Origin: a virus
Lineage: Duplodnaviria > Heunggongvirae > Uroviricota > Caudoviricetes
Virus record (IMG/VR): IMGVR_UViG_2778261136_000010
Reading direction: 5' to 3' (one strand)
Length of the DNA stretch: 22,471 nucleotides
Of the stretch, positions 8,592 to 17,127 are shown piece after piece. The notes beneath the pieces are model-generated. The model did not search any database and was not told the origin of the DNA. It worked only from the letters and a program-made list of their open reading frames with translations. A program made the translations under genes and the position numbers. Every line of letters starts with the position of its first letter. Position 1 is the stretch's first letter.

Positions 8592-9425
8592 TCAGCAATT
8601 GGTCAGAGTGTCAGCGGTGGCGTTACCGCCTGTTGCACGCTGGCGGTAGTCCTGGCGGCTGTCTTCATGACTCAGCTTATTCACCAGTTCGTTAAAGGCG
8701 GTTTGCTGTTCCTGCAGAGCAGTCTCCAGTTCAGACAGGCGTTCTTCCTGCTCAGACAGGGATTTTTCGGTGCGTGCGCTCAGGTTCTGCTGCTCAGTGG
8801 CGACCAGCTCCACGGCCTTATGCACATCAGAGAACCGGACATCGTCGGACTGCTCTTTTTTGGTAAACAGCGCCGTGACGCGGGCAAACAGGGACGGTTT
8901 GTCATCCTGGATTTCTTCCAGTTCGATCACCGTTTCCTCTGCGGCGGTAAAGAGATTGGCGGGATTCTGCTTGCGGTTTGCCAGCGGGTTATGGGCTGCG
9001 CTGGCGCTGAATGTCAGCATTTCCGTACCCAGACTGGCAGGATCATCTGTGGCAGCCAGGCCGACCAGGTAGGCTTTGCCCGTATCAGCGAACTTCGGGC
9101 TGACTTCCATAGAGGTGAATAATTTCTGGCCTTTTTTCACCAGTTCCACCAGGGACTCCGTTGGCTCAACGTCAGCATACAGCGCCATCTTGCCTGCCAG
9201 CGGACCTTCCGTGATTTCTTCAGCAAACAGCGCCGTCACCTTGCCGTAGCGGTTAAAAATGCTGTCCGGCAGATAAGACTTGATGTGCTCAAGGTTAATC
9301 AGCGCGGTATACACCGCCGGGTTATAGCTGGCTGCCATCTGTTCCAGCCATTCACGCTGGATTTCGCGTCCGTCGGTGGTGGCACCTTCCACCCCGATGC
9401 GAAAACGCTTTGCTTTCACTGTCAT
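8592..9425 (-). CDS. O: Capsid scaffolding protein gpO
   Basis: 277 aa, ATG at 9425 with GGAG upstream; acidic coiled-coil C-terminal half typical of a scaffold; divergent from P as in P2. Confidence 0.9.
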   Translation of the reverse strand: MTVKAKRFRIGVEGATTDGREIQREWLEQMAASYNPAVYTALINLEHIKSYLPDSIFNRYGKVTALFAEEITEGPLAGKMALYADVEPTESLVELVKKGQKLFTSMEVSPKFADTGKAYLVGLAATDDPASLGTEMLTFSASAAHNPLANRKQNPANLFTAAEETVIELEEIQDDKPSLFARVTALFTKKEQSDDVRFSDVHKAVELVATEQQNLSARTEKSLSEQEERLSELETALQEQQTAFNELVNKLSHEDSRQDYRQRATGGNATADTLTNC

Positions 9426-9503
9426 GAGCCGTGCTCCGTTAGAAAAAACTTACTGGAGCCTTATGGTTGCGGTGATAGGGGCAGTGAAACAATGCGCGGT
9501 ATT

Positions 9504-9521
9504 TGTACCGACAACCACACA
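9504..9521. promoter_or_regulatory. TGT-N12-ACA element in the divergent O/P promoter region (candidate late-promoter activator site)
   Basis: Seen: TGT ACCGACAACCAC ACA in the 142-bp O-P intergenic region. Orientation and target operon (O vs P) cannot be decided from sequence. Confidence 0.3.
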
Positions 9522-9567
9522 AACCGCAGGCGGGGAAAGCCTTCATTCAAGGCTGTAGGTTTGTGCC

Positions 9568-11334
9568 ATGAACACCACACTGACACCCGCAGATCTCGAT
9601 CCCCGTCGGCAGGCCATGCTGCTGTACTTTCAGGGATACCGCGTAGCCCGCATTGCTGAAATGCTGGGCGAGAAAGTTGCAACCGTTCACAGCTGGAAAA
9701 AACGCGACAAGTGGGGTGACTATGGGCCGCTGGATCAGATGCAGCTCACCACCGCCGCACGCTACTGCCAGCTCATCATGAAGGAGCACAAAGAAGGGAA
9801 AGATTTCAAAGAGATTGACCTGCTGGCGCGCCAGTCTGAGCGCCACGCGCGGATCGGTAAGTTTAACAATGGCGGCAACGAAGCCGACTTAAACCCTAAC
9901 GTCGCCAACCGCAACAAAGGCCCACGCCGTCAGCCGGAAAAGAACGTTTTCACCGATGAACAGATTGAGAAGCTGGAAGAAATTTTCCATTCCTCCATGT
10001 TCAACTACCAGCGCCACTGGTGGGAAGCCGGAAAAACCAACCGCATCCGCAACCTGCTGAAGTCTCGCCAGATCGGCGCGACCTTCTATTTTGCCCGTGA
10101 AGCCCTGATTGACGCCCTGCTTACCGGACGTAACCAGATTTTCCTTTCTGCCAGTAAGGCACAGGCCCACGTCTTCAAACAGTACATCATCGACTTTGCC
10201 AAAGAAGTGGAGGTGGAGCTGAAAGGCGATCCGATGGTGCTTCCCAACGGGGCCACACTGTATTTCCTCGGCACCAATGCCCGCACTGCCCAGAGTTATC
10301 ACGGCAACCTGTATCTGGATGAATATTTCTGGATACCGAAATTCCAGGAGCTGCGCAAAGTGGCTTCCGGTATGGCTATTCACAAAAAATGGCGACAAAC
10401 CTATTTTTCCACGCCATCCAGTCTGACACACAGTGCTTATCCGTTCTGGTCCGGTGCGCTATTCAACCGTGGGCGCAACAAGGCCGACAAGGTGGACATC
10501 GACCTGTCCCACAGCAATCTGGCCCCCGGCCTTCTGTGCGCAGACGGGCAATACCGCCAGATAGTCACCGTGGAAGATGCGGTACGCGGCGGCTGTAACC
10601 TGTTCGACCTTGACCAGTTGCGCATGGAATACAGCCCGGACGAATACCAGAACCTGCTGATGTGCGAGTTTGTGGACGATCTCGCGTCCGTGTTCCCGCT
10701 CAGCGAGCTGCAGGCGTGCATGGTGGACAGCTGGGAAGTCTGGACCGACTTTCATGCACTGGCGCTGCGCCCGTTTGGCTGGCGCGAAGTGTGGATCGGT
10801 TATGACCCGGCAAAAGGTACGCAAAACGGCGACAGCGCCGGATGCGTAGTGGTGGCACCGCCAGCCGTGCCTGGTGGTAAGTTCCGCATTCTTGAGCGTC
10901 ACCAGTGGCGCGGGATGGACTTCCGCGCCCAGGCTGACGCCATCAAAAAACTGACCGAGCAGTACAACGTGACCTACATCGGCATCGACTCGACAGGTGT
11001 CGGCCACGGGGTTTACGAGAACGTGAAAGCGTTTTTTCCAGCCGTCCGGGAGTTTGTCTACAACCCCAACGTTAAAAACGCTCTGGTACTCAAGGCCTAC
11101 GACATTATCAGCCACCGCCGTCTGGAGTTTGACGCCGGGCACACCGACATTGCGCAGTCATTCATGGCAATCCGTCGCGCCACCACCGCCAGTGGCAACC
11201 GCCCAACCTATGAAGCCAGCCGCAGCGAAGAAGCCAGCCACGCCGATCTGGCCTGGGCAACAATGCACGCACTGTTTAACGAACCGCTGCAGGGCGAGTC
11301 CGCCAATACCAGCAATATTATGGAGATTTTTTGA
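9568..11334 (+). CDS. P: Terminase large (ATPase) subunit gpP
   Basis: 588 aa, ATG at 9568; stop overlaps the Q start. Size and position as P2 gpP. Confidence 0.9.
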   Translation: MNTTLTPADLDPRRQAMLLYFQGYRVARIAEMLGEKVATVHSWKKRDKWGDYGPLDQMQLTTAARYCQLIMKEHKEGKDFKEIDLLARQSERHARIGKFNNGGNEADLNPNVANRNKGPRRQPEKNVFTDEQIEKLEEIFHSSMFNYQRHWWEAGKTNRIRNLLKSRQIGATFYFAREALIDALLTGRNQIFLSASKAQAHVFKQYIIDFAKEVEVELKGDPMVLPNGATLYFLGTNARTAQSYHGNLYLDEYFWIPKFQELRKVASGMAIHKKWRQTYFSTPSSLTHSAYPFWSGALFNRGRNKADKVDIDLSHSNLAPGLLCADGQYRQIVTVEDAVRGGCNLFDLDQLRMEYSPDEYQNLLMCEFVDDLASVFPLSELQACMVDSWEVWTDFHALALRPFGWREVWIGYDPAKGTQNGDSAGCVVVAPPAVPGGKFRILERHQWRGMDFRAQADAIKKLTEQYNVTYIGIDSTGVGHGVYENVKAFFPAVREFVYNPNVKNALVLKAYDIISHRRLEFDAGHTDIAQSFMAIRRATTASGNRPTYEASRSEEASHADLAWATMHALFNEPLQGESANTSNIMEIF

Positions 11335-12362
11335 TGGGAAAGAGTAAGAAAAACCGCGCTGCGGCGACGAATCAGCTCAAGCATAAAAGCCAGAATTCAG
11401 CCGAAGCATTCAGCTTTGGCGATCCCGTTCCTGTTCTGGACCGCCGTGAACTGCTGGACTATGTGGAATGCGTACAGATGGACCGCTGGTATGAGCCGCC
11501 CGTCAGCTTTGACGGACTGGCACGAACCTTCCGCGCCGCCGTGCATCACAGCTCACCGATTGCAGTAAAATGCAACATTCTGACCAGTACCTACATCCCT
11601 CACCCGCTGCTCAGCCAGCAGGCTTTTTCACGTTTTGTGCAGGACTATCTGGTATTTGGTAACGCTTACCTGGAGAAACGCACGAACCGGTTCGGTGAAG
11701 TTATCGCCCTTGAGCCTGCTCTGGCAAAATACACCCGACGTGGGTTAGACCTGGATACCTACTGGTTTGTGCAATACGGTATGGCAACCCAGCCGTATCA
11801 GTTCACGAAAGGCAGCATCTTTCATCTGATGGAACCGGATATTAATCAGGAGATCTACGGCCTGCCTGGCTATCTTTCTGCTATTCCATCCGCTCTGCTC
11901 AACGAGTCCGCCACGCTGTTCCGCCGGAAGTATTACATTAACGGCAGTCATGCAGGCTTCATCATGTACATGACCGATGCCGCGCAAAACCAGGAAGATG
12001 TGAACAACCTCCGCAACGCGATGAAAAGCGCCAAAGGTCCGGGCAATTTCCGCAACCTGTTTATGTACTCGCCTAACGGCAAAAAAGATGGCATTCAGAT
12101 TATCCCGTTATCGGAAGTCGCGGCGAAGGATGAGTTTTTGAATATCAAGAACGTGAGCCGGGACGACATGATGGCAGCACACCGTGTGCCGCCACAAATG
12201 ATGGGGATTATGCCTAATAATGTTGGGGGATTTGGGGATGTGGAGAAGGCGAGCTTGGTCTTTGTTCGTAATGAACTGATTCCTTTACAAAAAAGACTGA
12301 TGGAAGTAAATGTCTGGCTCAATGAAGAAGTGATTGTATTCAATAGATACATTTTAGAGTAA
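11334..12362 (+). CDS. Q: Portal protein gpQ
   Basis: ATG at 11334 overlaps the P stop (TGATG); ~342 aa; position and size as P2 gpQ. The last ~50 codons have visibly different, AT-rich codon usage. Confidence 0.9.
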   Translation: MGKSKKNRAAATNQLKHKSQNSAEAFSFGDPVPVLDRRELLDYVECVQMDRWYEPPVSFDGLARTFRAAVHHSSPIAVKCNILTSTYIPHPLLSQQAFSRFVQDYLVFGNAYLEKRTNRFGEVIALEPALAKYTRRGLDLDTYWFVQYGMATQPYQFTKGSIFHLMEPDINQEIYGLPGYLSAIPSALLNESATLFRRKYYINGSHAGFIMYMTDAAQNQEDVNNLRNAMKSAKGPGNFRNLFMYSPNGKKDGIQIIPLSEVAAKDEFLNIKNVSRDDMMAAHRVPPQMMGIMPNNVGGFGDVEKASLVFVRNELIPLQKRLMEVNVWLNEEVIVFNRYILE

Positions 12363-12386
12363 AAAAATGGGCACCATGAGGTGCCC
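12361..12386 (-). terminator. Intrinsic terminator for the minus-strand cargo gene
   Basis: Seen: stem GGGCACC (12369-12375), loop ATGA, stem GGTGCCC (12380-12386). On the minus strand the hairpin is followed by a 7-T run (12361-12367, the A-run on plus). Lies between the cargo gene stop (12393) and the Q stop (12362). Confidence 0.6.
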
Positions 12387-12392
12387 AAGTTG

Positions 12393-13817
12393 TTACTTAC
12401 GTGTTTCAACTATATTCAGCCCCTTATAAAGGCTTTGATGGATATATACAGAACCAGTATTTGGCAACATTAAATCAGCATCTTCACATCGGAATCTAGC
12501 CGTACCGGAATTGCCCAACCGGACACCAATCACAGAAGCATTAAATAGAGTTTTCATCAATTCACGAGAAGTATAGCGCTTACAAAGGTCAGGCGCTTTC
12601 TCTTCAATCTTACTGATGAATTCTTCTGTAGAATTATATCTATGCTGCGTCTGACGTAAAGATTCCAATAGCTCACCAAAATGAGGGTAGAGCCTTTTGT
12701 ATTCTTGTTTTAAGTCCTCAACTTTCCAAGCGCTGTACCGTTCTTCAGCTATTCTAATTATATCCTTTTTTATTTCAGAAGCATTAGCATCACAGCGTTT
12801 TTGGCATTCTTGCAAAAACTGAATAACTTCTCTTGGGCGCAAAAATGTGCGCTTCACCAAATAGTTAAATGGTGAAATACTTCCTCTCATTTCACCTTCC
12901 TCAAAAATATCATCTATAGTTATATTTTCCGGCAATCTGGCGTTCACCATATCTTTCAACAACTCTGGTGTCCAGATTATTTCTTCTTCAATTGCTCGGT
13001 GTTTATCTTTATCATCAAATTCCAGCCCTTGATAAATATCAGAGCGTAAAAATGTTACAATATGAATACCTTTGGCTCTAGTATCAGAATAACTATCATT
13101 AATATCTTTTGTTGCCTTCAACAAGCCAATCAAAAGGCTTTTGGCATCATCCGATCCATCCCAAGAATCATCTAATCGATCAGTGGCAATTAGCACCCCA
13201 ATATCTGTACAAATTTCTTTAAGCTCGTCAAGGATGATTTTTATTATTTGAGGTGTCAATGGTGCTTGCGAAGCATCCTTATTAAACCCCACAGCATATC
13301 CGAAAGCCTCAAAATTGAATGAACTTAATCCCGAGAGTAACTTCCTTGCAGTTCCCAAAGTAGTTGGCGATATACCACCATAGTTATCAGAAACAAATTT
13401 TTTAATTCTAGCAAGGGCCTCCCGAGGTCTTTTCTCTGAAAATTGCCTACCTGACCTAATAATTTCTGCCGCAGCCTCAACAGCTATTGCAAATTTCCAA
13501 GCATTACAATGTGCCTGTTCGGGTAACAACCCTTGCTCTTGATATTGTTTTAATGCTCCCCAAGCATACTGGTCTGGGGTCATGACATTTACGATAACGT
13601 CCTGCCCATATTTTGCTCTTACCAACCTTGGGAGTTGGGTAAAGATGGATGATTTCCCAGCCCCCTTTCTTCCAAGAAAATGGGCACTATAGAAACTCAG
13701 AGCTTGCTCAACTTGAGGAGTATTGATGAAATAATCAGCCAACCTTCTATCAGCTTCAGCATCGACAGTACCAAAGTTGAGTCCCTTAACTGTAAGGCCT
13801 AACGCATCTAACCGCAC
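12393..13817 (-). CDS. Hypothetical P-loop NTPase (474 aa), AT-rich cargo gene in the cos-proximal variable region; candidate phage-defence / exclusion protein, family not recognised
   Basis: GTG start at 13817 with an AAGGA Shine-Dalgarno 6 nt upstream. Walker A GRKGAGKS at residues 49-56; Walker B-like GVLIATDRLDD near residues 207-217. Markedly lower GC and different codon usage (AGA, ATA, TTA) than flanking phage genes. Own terminator. No TOPRIM or other effector motif recognised by eye. Confidence 0.7.
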   Translation of the reverse strand: MRLDALGLTVKGLNFGTVDAEADRRLADYFINTPQVEQALSFYSAHFLGRKGAGKSSIFTQLPRLVRAKYGQDVIVNVMTPDQYAWGALKQYQEQGLLPEQAHCNAWKFAIAVEAAAEIIRSGRQFSEKRPREALARIKKFVSDNYGGISPTTLGTARKLLSGLSSFNFEAFGYAVGFNKDASQAPLTPQIIKIILDELKEICTDIGVLIATDRLDDSWDGSDDAKSLLIGLLKATKDINDSYSDTRAKGIHIVTFLRSDIYQGLEFDDKDKHRAIEEEIIWTPELLKDMVNARLPENITIDDIFEEGEMRGSISPFNYLVKRTFLRPREVIQFLQECQKRCDANASEIKKDIIRIAEERYSAWKVEDLKQEYKRLYPHFGELLESLRQTQHRYNSTEEFISKIEEKAPDLCKRYTSRELMKTLFNASVIGVRLGNSGTARFRCEDADLMLPNTGSVYIHQSLYKGLNIVETRK

Positions 13818-13904
13818 GATAATTCCTTAATTGGTAAACTAAATTTGAACTTGATGCCAACAAAGATAATATCAATTTAATTAAAAAGAAAGCTGTTGCG
13901 CGCG

Positions 13905-13923
13905 CTCGTATCCCCGCCACGCC
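13905..13923 (-). other. Candidate cos site (19-nt cohesive-end sequence)
   Basis: Minus strand reads GGCGTGGCGGGGATACGAG. The first 13 nt match my recollection of the conserved start of P2/186 cohesive ends (GGCG[A/T]GGCGGGGA...). Orientation is consistent with the left end running towards Q. Not verified against a database. Confidence 0.5.
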
Positions 13924-13964
13924 TGCCCGCTTTATGTAGTGGTTTTCATGCACCTGCATGATCT

Positions 13965-13992
13965 ACGCAAAAGCCCGCCAGTTCTGGCGGGC
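13965..13992 (-). terminator. Putative intrinsic terminator downstream of the tum-like operon
   Basis: Seen: GCCCGCCA-GTTC-TGGCGGGC hairpin (13973-13992), followed on the minus strand by TTTTGCG. Confidence 0.45.
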
Positions 13993-14127
13993 CTTAGCAA
14001 AAACGATCCTCAAACGATCATGCGATCTCATGCGGCATAGACATGCACTACAGAGCTAACGCCTCGCAAGGGCTCGTTGTTCAACGTTGCTGACGCCAGA
14101 AACAAGTTCAGACGCCAGCAACGTTTC

Positions 14128-14361
14128 TTAATGCAGCCAGCTGTCGTCTTCCCACACCTTCTGCATAATTTTCATCACTTGTTTTCTTTCTTCGTCCAGT
14201 TGCAGTCCGGTCAGTTCCACACCGTTAGAGCTACCTTTGCGGATACGAATTACCGTTTTGGGATACAGGGGGCGCAGATTGCGGTAAAGCTCGGATTCAA
14301 GGGCGTCCAGTGTAGACAGGCTAATCTTCTGCTCTTTATCGATCATTATTTCAATGCGCAT
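14128..14361 (-). CDS. DinI-family protein (SOS-regulated; homologous to the DinI-like part of the 186 Tum antirepressor)
   Basis: Start placed at ATG 14361 (MRIEIMIDKEQKISLSTLDALESELYRNL...VWEDDSWLH), with a GAGGTGA Shine-Dalgarno upstream. Aligns by eye with E. coli DinI (MRIEVTIAK...ETWESADDWFVSE). The ORF track extends to 14433. Confidence 0.8.
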   Translation of the reverse strand: MRIEIMIDKEQKISLSTLDALESELYRNLRPLYPKTVIRIRKGSSNGVELTGLQLDEERKQVMKIMQKVWEDDSWLH

Positions 14362-14371
14362 AAAAGTCACC

Positions 14372-14560
14372 TCAGCTGATGACATCCATTGAGCGGTTGT
14401 ATTCGTGGGTTCTGATTTTTGCCATGAGTTCATCTGTCAGTTCAGAAACCCACTGCAGGGCCAGCCCCTTCTCTTCATCACTACACTCACTAGCAGCTAC
14501 AAGCTTAAGAAAAAAATCAATGCGCTGGAGCTTCAAAGACTCCAAAAAATAGTCCTGCAT
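14372..14560 (-). CDS. Small protein (62 aa), first gene of the LexA-controlled operon; possibly the N-terminal part of a split Tum-like antirepressor
   Basis: ATG at 14560 with an AGGAGG Shine-Dalgarno 4 nt upstream; stop TGA at 14372-14374 lies 11 nt before the DinI-like ATG. No recognisable motif. Confidence 0.5.
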   Translation of the reverse strand: MQDYFLESLKLQRIDFFLKLVAASECSDEEKGLALQWVSELTDELMAKIRTHEYNRSMDVIS

Positions 14561-14602
14561 CTTTCCTCCTATGACACCAAAGCAATACTGTATACATAAC
14601 CA

Positions 14603-14618
14603 CTGTTTATATTTACAG
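14603..14618 (-). promoter_or_regulatory. LexA operator (SOS box) overlapping the promoter of the tum-like operon
   Basis: Seen: perfect CTGT-N8-ACAG (CTGTTTATATTTACAG). On the minus strand it overlaps a candidate sigma70 promoter, TTTACA-17 nt-TACTGT. A weaker second box-like sequence lies at 14588-14603. Confidence 0.7.
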
Positions 14619-14712
14619 TATATAATAATCTTACTGATGTAAAACGTTTTTTTACGTTCATCAGCCTGATATGCCTGGTATTATTAAGAGCACGAATTGT
14701 TAACCCGCGTAA

Positions 14713-17127
14713 TTAATACAGATTCCGCCACTTATCATCTTCCTGCAAACGCTGGTTCCGATAGAAGATACGCAGGCCTGCTCCTGACGGAATACTGCCA
14801 CCGCGAAGGAGTAAATCGACCTCTTTCTCGCTGCCATCAAATCCTCTGGACTTCAGTTCATAGACGAGCTGCTGTCGCTGATGATCTGTAATTCGCTGTT
14901 TGTAGTCTTTACGCCGTTTCGGCTTAACCAGGCGTAACCTTGCTGCCAGCTCCCGGCGCTCTTTTTTGCTCATACTGTGCAGGTAATCGTGCAACTCCTT
15001 GTCATCCATGCGGGTAATGTCCGTTCTGGTGTCCCCATCAGCTGATTTATCTTTCTCCTGTTGGTTCAAATTTTCCGCAAGGGGACAGTTATTGCCACGA
15101 GTCCAAGGGGCGCAAGCGCCCTGGTCGGCTGCCGCCTCCTGAACGTCAACGGCTTTACGAACCATTTTCCACTTCACTGCATGAGTGCAGATCTTGCCCT
15201 CTGCAATGGGTGACCAGATGCCATAAATACGAATGCCGTGATCGCCATAGGCGGTCGGCTCTTCGTTGATTTCATAAGCGGTTCTGATGAGGTGATATTT
15301 ACGGGGAACCAGTACGCCGCCCTGCTTCATGATGTAGGTGGCAAAACAACCAGCATCAGCAGCAGCCAGGATGGCATCAAGGCGCGGGTTATCCAGTACC
15401 GGCGCACCTGCTTTTTTGTCCCCCTGTTGCCTTGCCGCCTGACCAGCCAGCAATCGCAGTTCACGGTAAGCCTGACGCCCCGGAATGCCAAAGAAGCGGA
15501 ATTGCTGAACACGATGCAAAGACGCCCAGGCATTCACGTATTCAGCGTTATCACGCAGAGATTTACCCGTTTCCTTGCTGATCTCGCCAGCCAGACCACG
15601 CCCGTCAATGTTCTTACTGATGTATTTCGCTATGTAGCTTGTCGGCGTTCCTTTGCGCGGGTTAATCAGCTCAGACTTAAAGCGCGGCCCCGTGTTATTG
15701 CCCAGCTCCTCGCGGTCTTCACGGATAGCAAACTTACGCAACAATGCAGTAATGGCGCGGCGGTCTTTTTTGCGCATGAAACACAACAGGTGCCAGTGAA
15801 CTGTGCCGTCGTGATGCGGCTCAGCCACCCGCACGCCATACCAGCGCAACCCGGCTTTGTGCATCGCCTTACGAAATGCAGCAAACATACCGACCAGATA
15901 ATCGCTGCTTTGTCTTACCGTCGCATTTGTCCAGGTCGGGTTGGGCCTGCCGTTATTTAGCGTGGAATGGAAACGTGACGGACAGGTGATGGTGTAGAAA
16001 ACGGCGCAGTCACCGCGCATTTCCGCGATAAGCTCCAGACCTTTAACACAGGCCATCATCTCATTGCGGCGATGCGCAGGGTTGCTGCTGCTGGCGTTTA
16101 CCACATCCTCCATATCCAGCGTGTCGCCGTCTTCGTTCACCAGTTCATGAGAACGGAAAAACTCCAGCGACTTACGGCGCTGCTCACGTTTATGCATCAC
16201 GGCTTCATAGCTGACATAGGGAGATGCTTTTTTGCTGACCAGGCAAACAGCACGCAACTGCTCTTCCCGCCATTCGCAACGCATCTTCCATAATTTCCGG
16301 TACCACCAGTCGGCGCACAACATACGCGCCAGCGAACCCGGAATGAGTTCATAGGGCACGGGTTTACGGCGGTTTCTTTTCCGGCGGAGTTGCTCAAACG
16401 CAGGCGGTATGACATCCAGTCGCAGGGTTTCTGCTGCCACCTTTTCCCATGTCTTGCGGATTTCTTCTGGCTTAACATCATCGGTGGCGTACAAATCACC
16501 ACAAGCGGCATCAAGACACATGCTCATATGCGCAGCGACAAGAGTAGACAGGCGTTTCACCTGATTCTGACTCATTTCAGGCAGGATCAGCAGACCCTCC
16601 AGCCCTTGATGGCTTGCCATAAAACGGAAAGAAACAGATAGCTGACTGTCACGTACACAATCCAGTCGCTCCAGACATGGCTTAATCGTCTCACGCAAAT
16701 AGCGGGAATAAGCCTTTGGCCTGCCCAGGCTGCTGAAGTATTCGATACGTTGCATCAGCGGCTTGCTGATGTGGGTGGGCTGGGCGCTGACGTCCGCCAG
16801 AATGACCATGTCCGGGTTAAAACGCTGCTGCTCATGCGCCAGCTTTGCCCGACTAATGAGCTTATCCTGCTCCATTTCGCGCTGGACAGGATCACGGGAT
16901 TCATTAAAGAAATAACGCTCCCAGACCTGTTCACTCAATTCCTCGCGGCGCAGCTGTTCCTGCTCGTTATCGGCAGCATACAGAGTGATCAGGTTTGAAA
17001 GCGCAGAAACCGGCGCAACTTCCGCCGGGTCCAGATAAGGGTTTATGGCCTTTTTCGGGCCATTCCATGAAAATGCTGCAGCGGCCTCGTTAAAGCCGCT
17101 AGAGTCGCTCATATCGTCATGACTCAT
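14713..17127 (-). CDS. A: Replication initiation protein gpA (rolling-circle HUH endonuclease)
   Basis: 804-aa ORF with ATG at 17127; HUH motif in [11 protein letters not shown]; tyrosine motif YIAKYISKN. Position as P2/186 A. Confidence 0.85.
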   Translation of the reverse strand: MSHDDMSDSSGFNEAAAAFSWNGPKKAINPYLDPAEVAPVSALSNLITLYAADNEQEQLRREELSEQVWERYFFNESRDPVQREMEQDKLISRAKLAHEQQRFNPDMVILADVSAQPTHISKPLMQRIEYFSSLGRPKAYSRYLRETIKPCLERLDCVRDSQLSVSFRFMASHQGLEGLLILPEMSQNQVKRLSTLVAAHMSMCLDAACGDLYATDDVKPEEIRKTWEKVAAETLRLDVIPPAFEQLRRKRNRRKPVPYELIPGSLARMLCADWWYRKLWKMRCEWREEQLRAVCLVSKKASPYVSYEAVMHKREQRRKSLEFFRSHELVNEDGDTLDMEDVVNASSSNPAHRRNEMMACVKGLELIAEMRGDCAVFYTITCPSRFHSTLNNGRPNPTWTNATVRQSSDYLVGMFAAFRKAMHKAGLRWYGVRVAEPHHDGTVHWHLLCFMRKKDRRAITALLRKFAIREDREELGNNTGPRFKSELINPRKGTPTSYIAKYISKNIDGRGLAGEISKETGKSLRDNAEYVNAWASLHRVQQFRFFGIPGRQAYRELRLLAGQAARQQGDKKAGAPVLDNPRLDAILAAADAGCFATYIMKQGGVLVPRKYHLIRTAYEINEEPTAYGDHGIRIYGIWSPIAEGKICTHAVKWKMVRKAVDVQEAAADQGACAPWTRGNNCPLAENLNQQEKDKSADGDTRTDITRMDDKELHDYLHSMSKKERRELAARLRLVKPKRRKDYKQRITDHQRQQLVYELKSRGFDGSEKEVDLLLRGGSIPSGAGLRIFYRNQRLQEDDKWRNLY

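Noticed and set aside
9889-11142. Minus-strand ORFs 9889-10431 and 10459-11142 inside the large terminase gene
   Set aside because: Antisense to gpP, which is strongly supported by sequence and context.
14077-14379. Plus-strand ORF antisense to the DinI-like gene
   Set aside because: The opposite strand encodes a protein that aligns by eye with DinI over its full length; this ORF has no ribosome-binding site.
14641-14660. AACGT-T7-ACGTT small palindrome downstream of the A stop
   Set aside because: The stem is only ~5 bp and it overlaps the proposed -35 region of the tum-operon promoter; insufficient as a terminator.
15238-16641. Plus-strand ORFs 15238-15960, 16072-16293 and 16390-16641 inside gene A
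   Set aside because: Antisense to the replication gene, whose HUH and tyrosine motifs confirm the minus frame.
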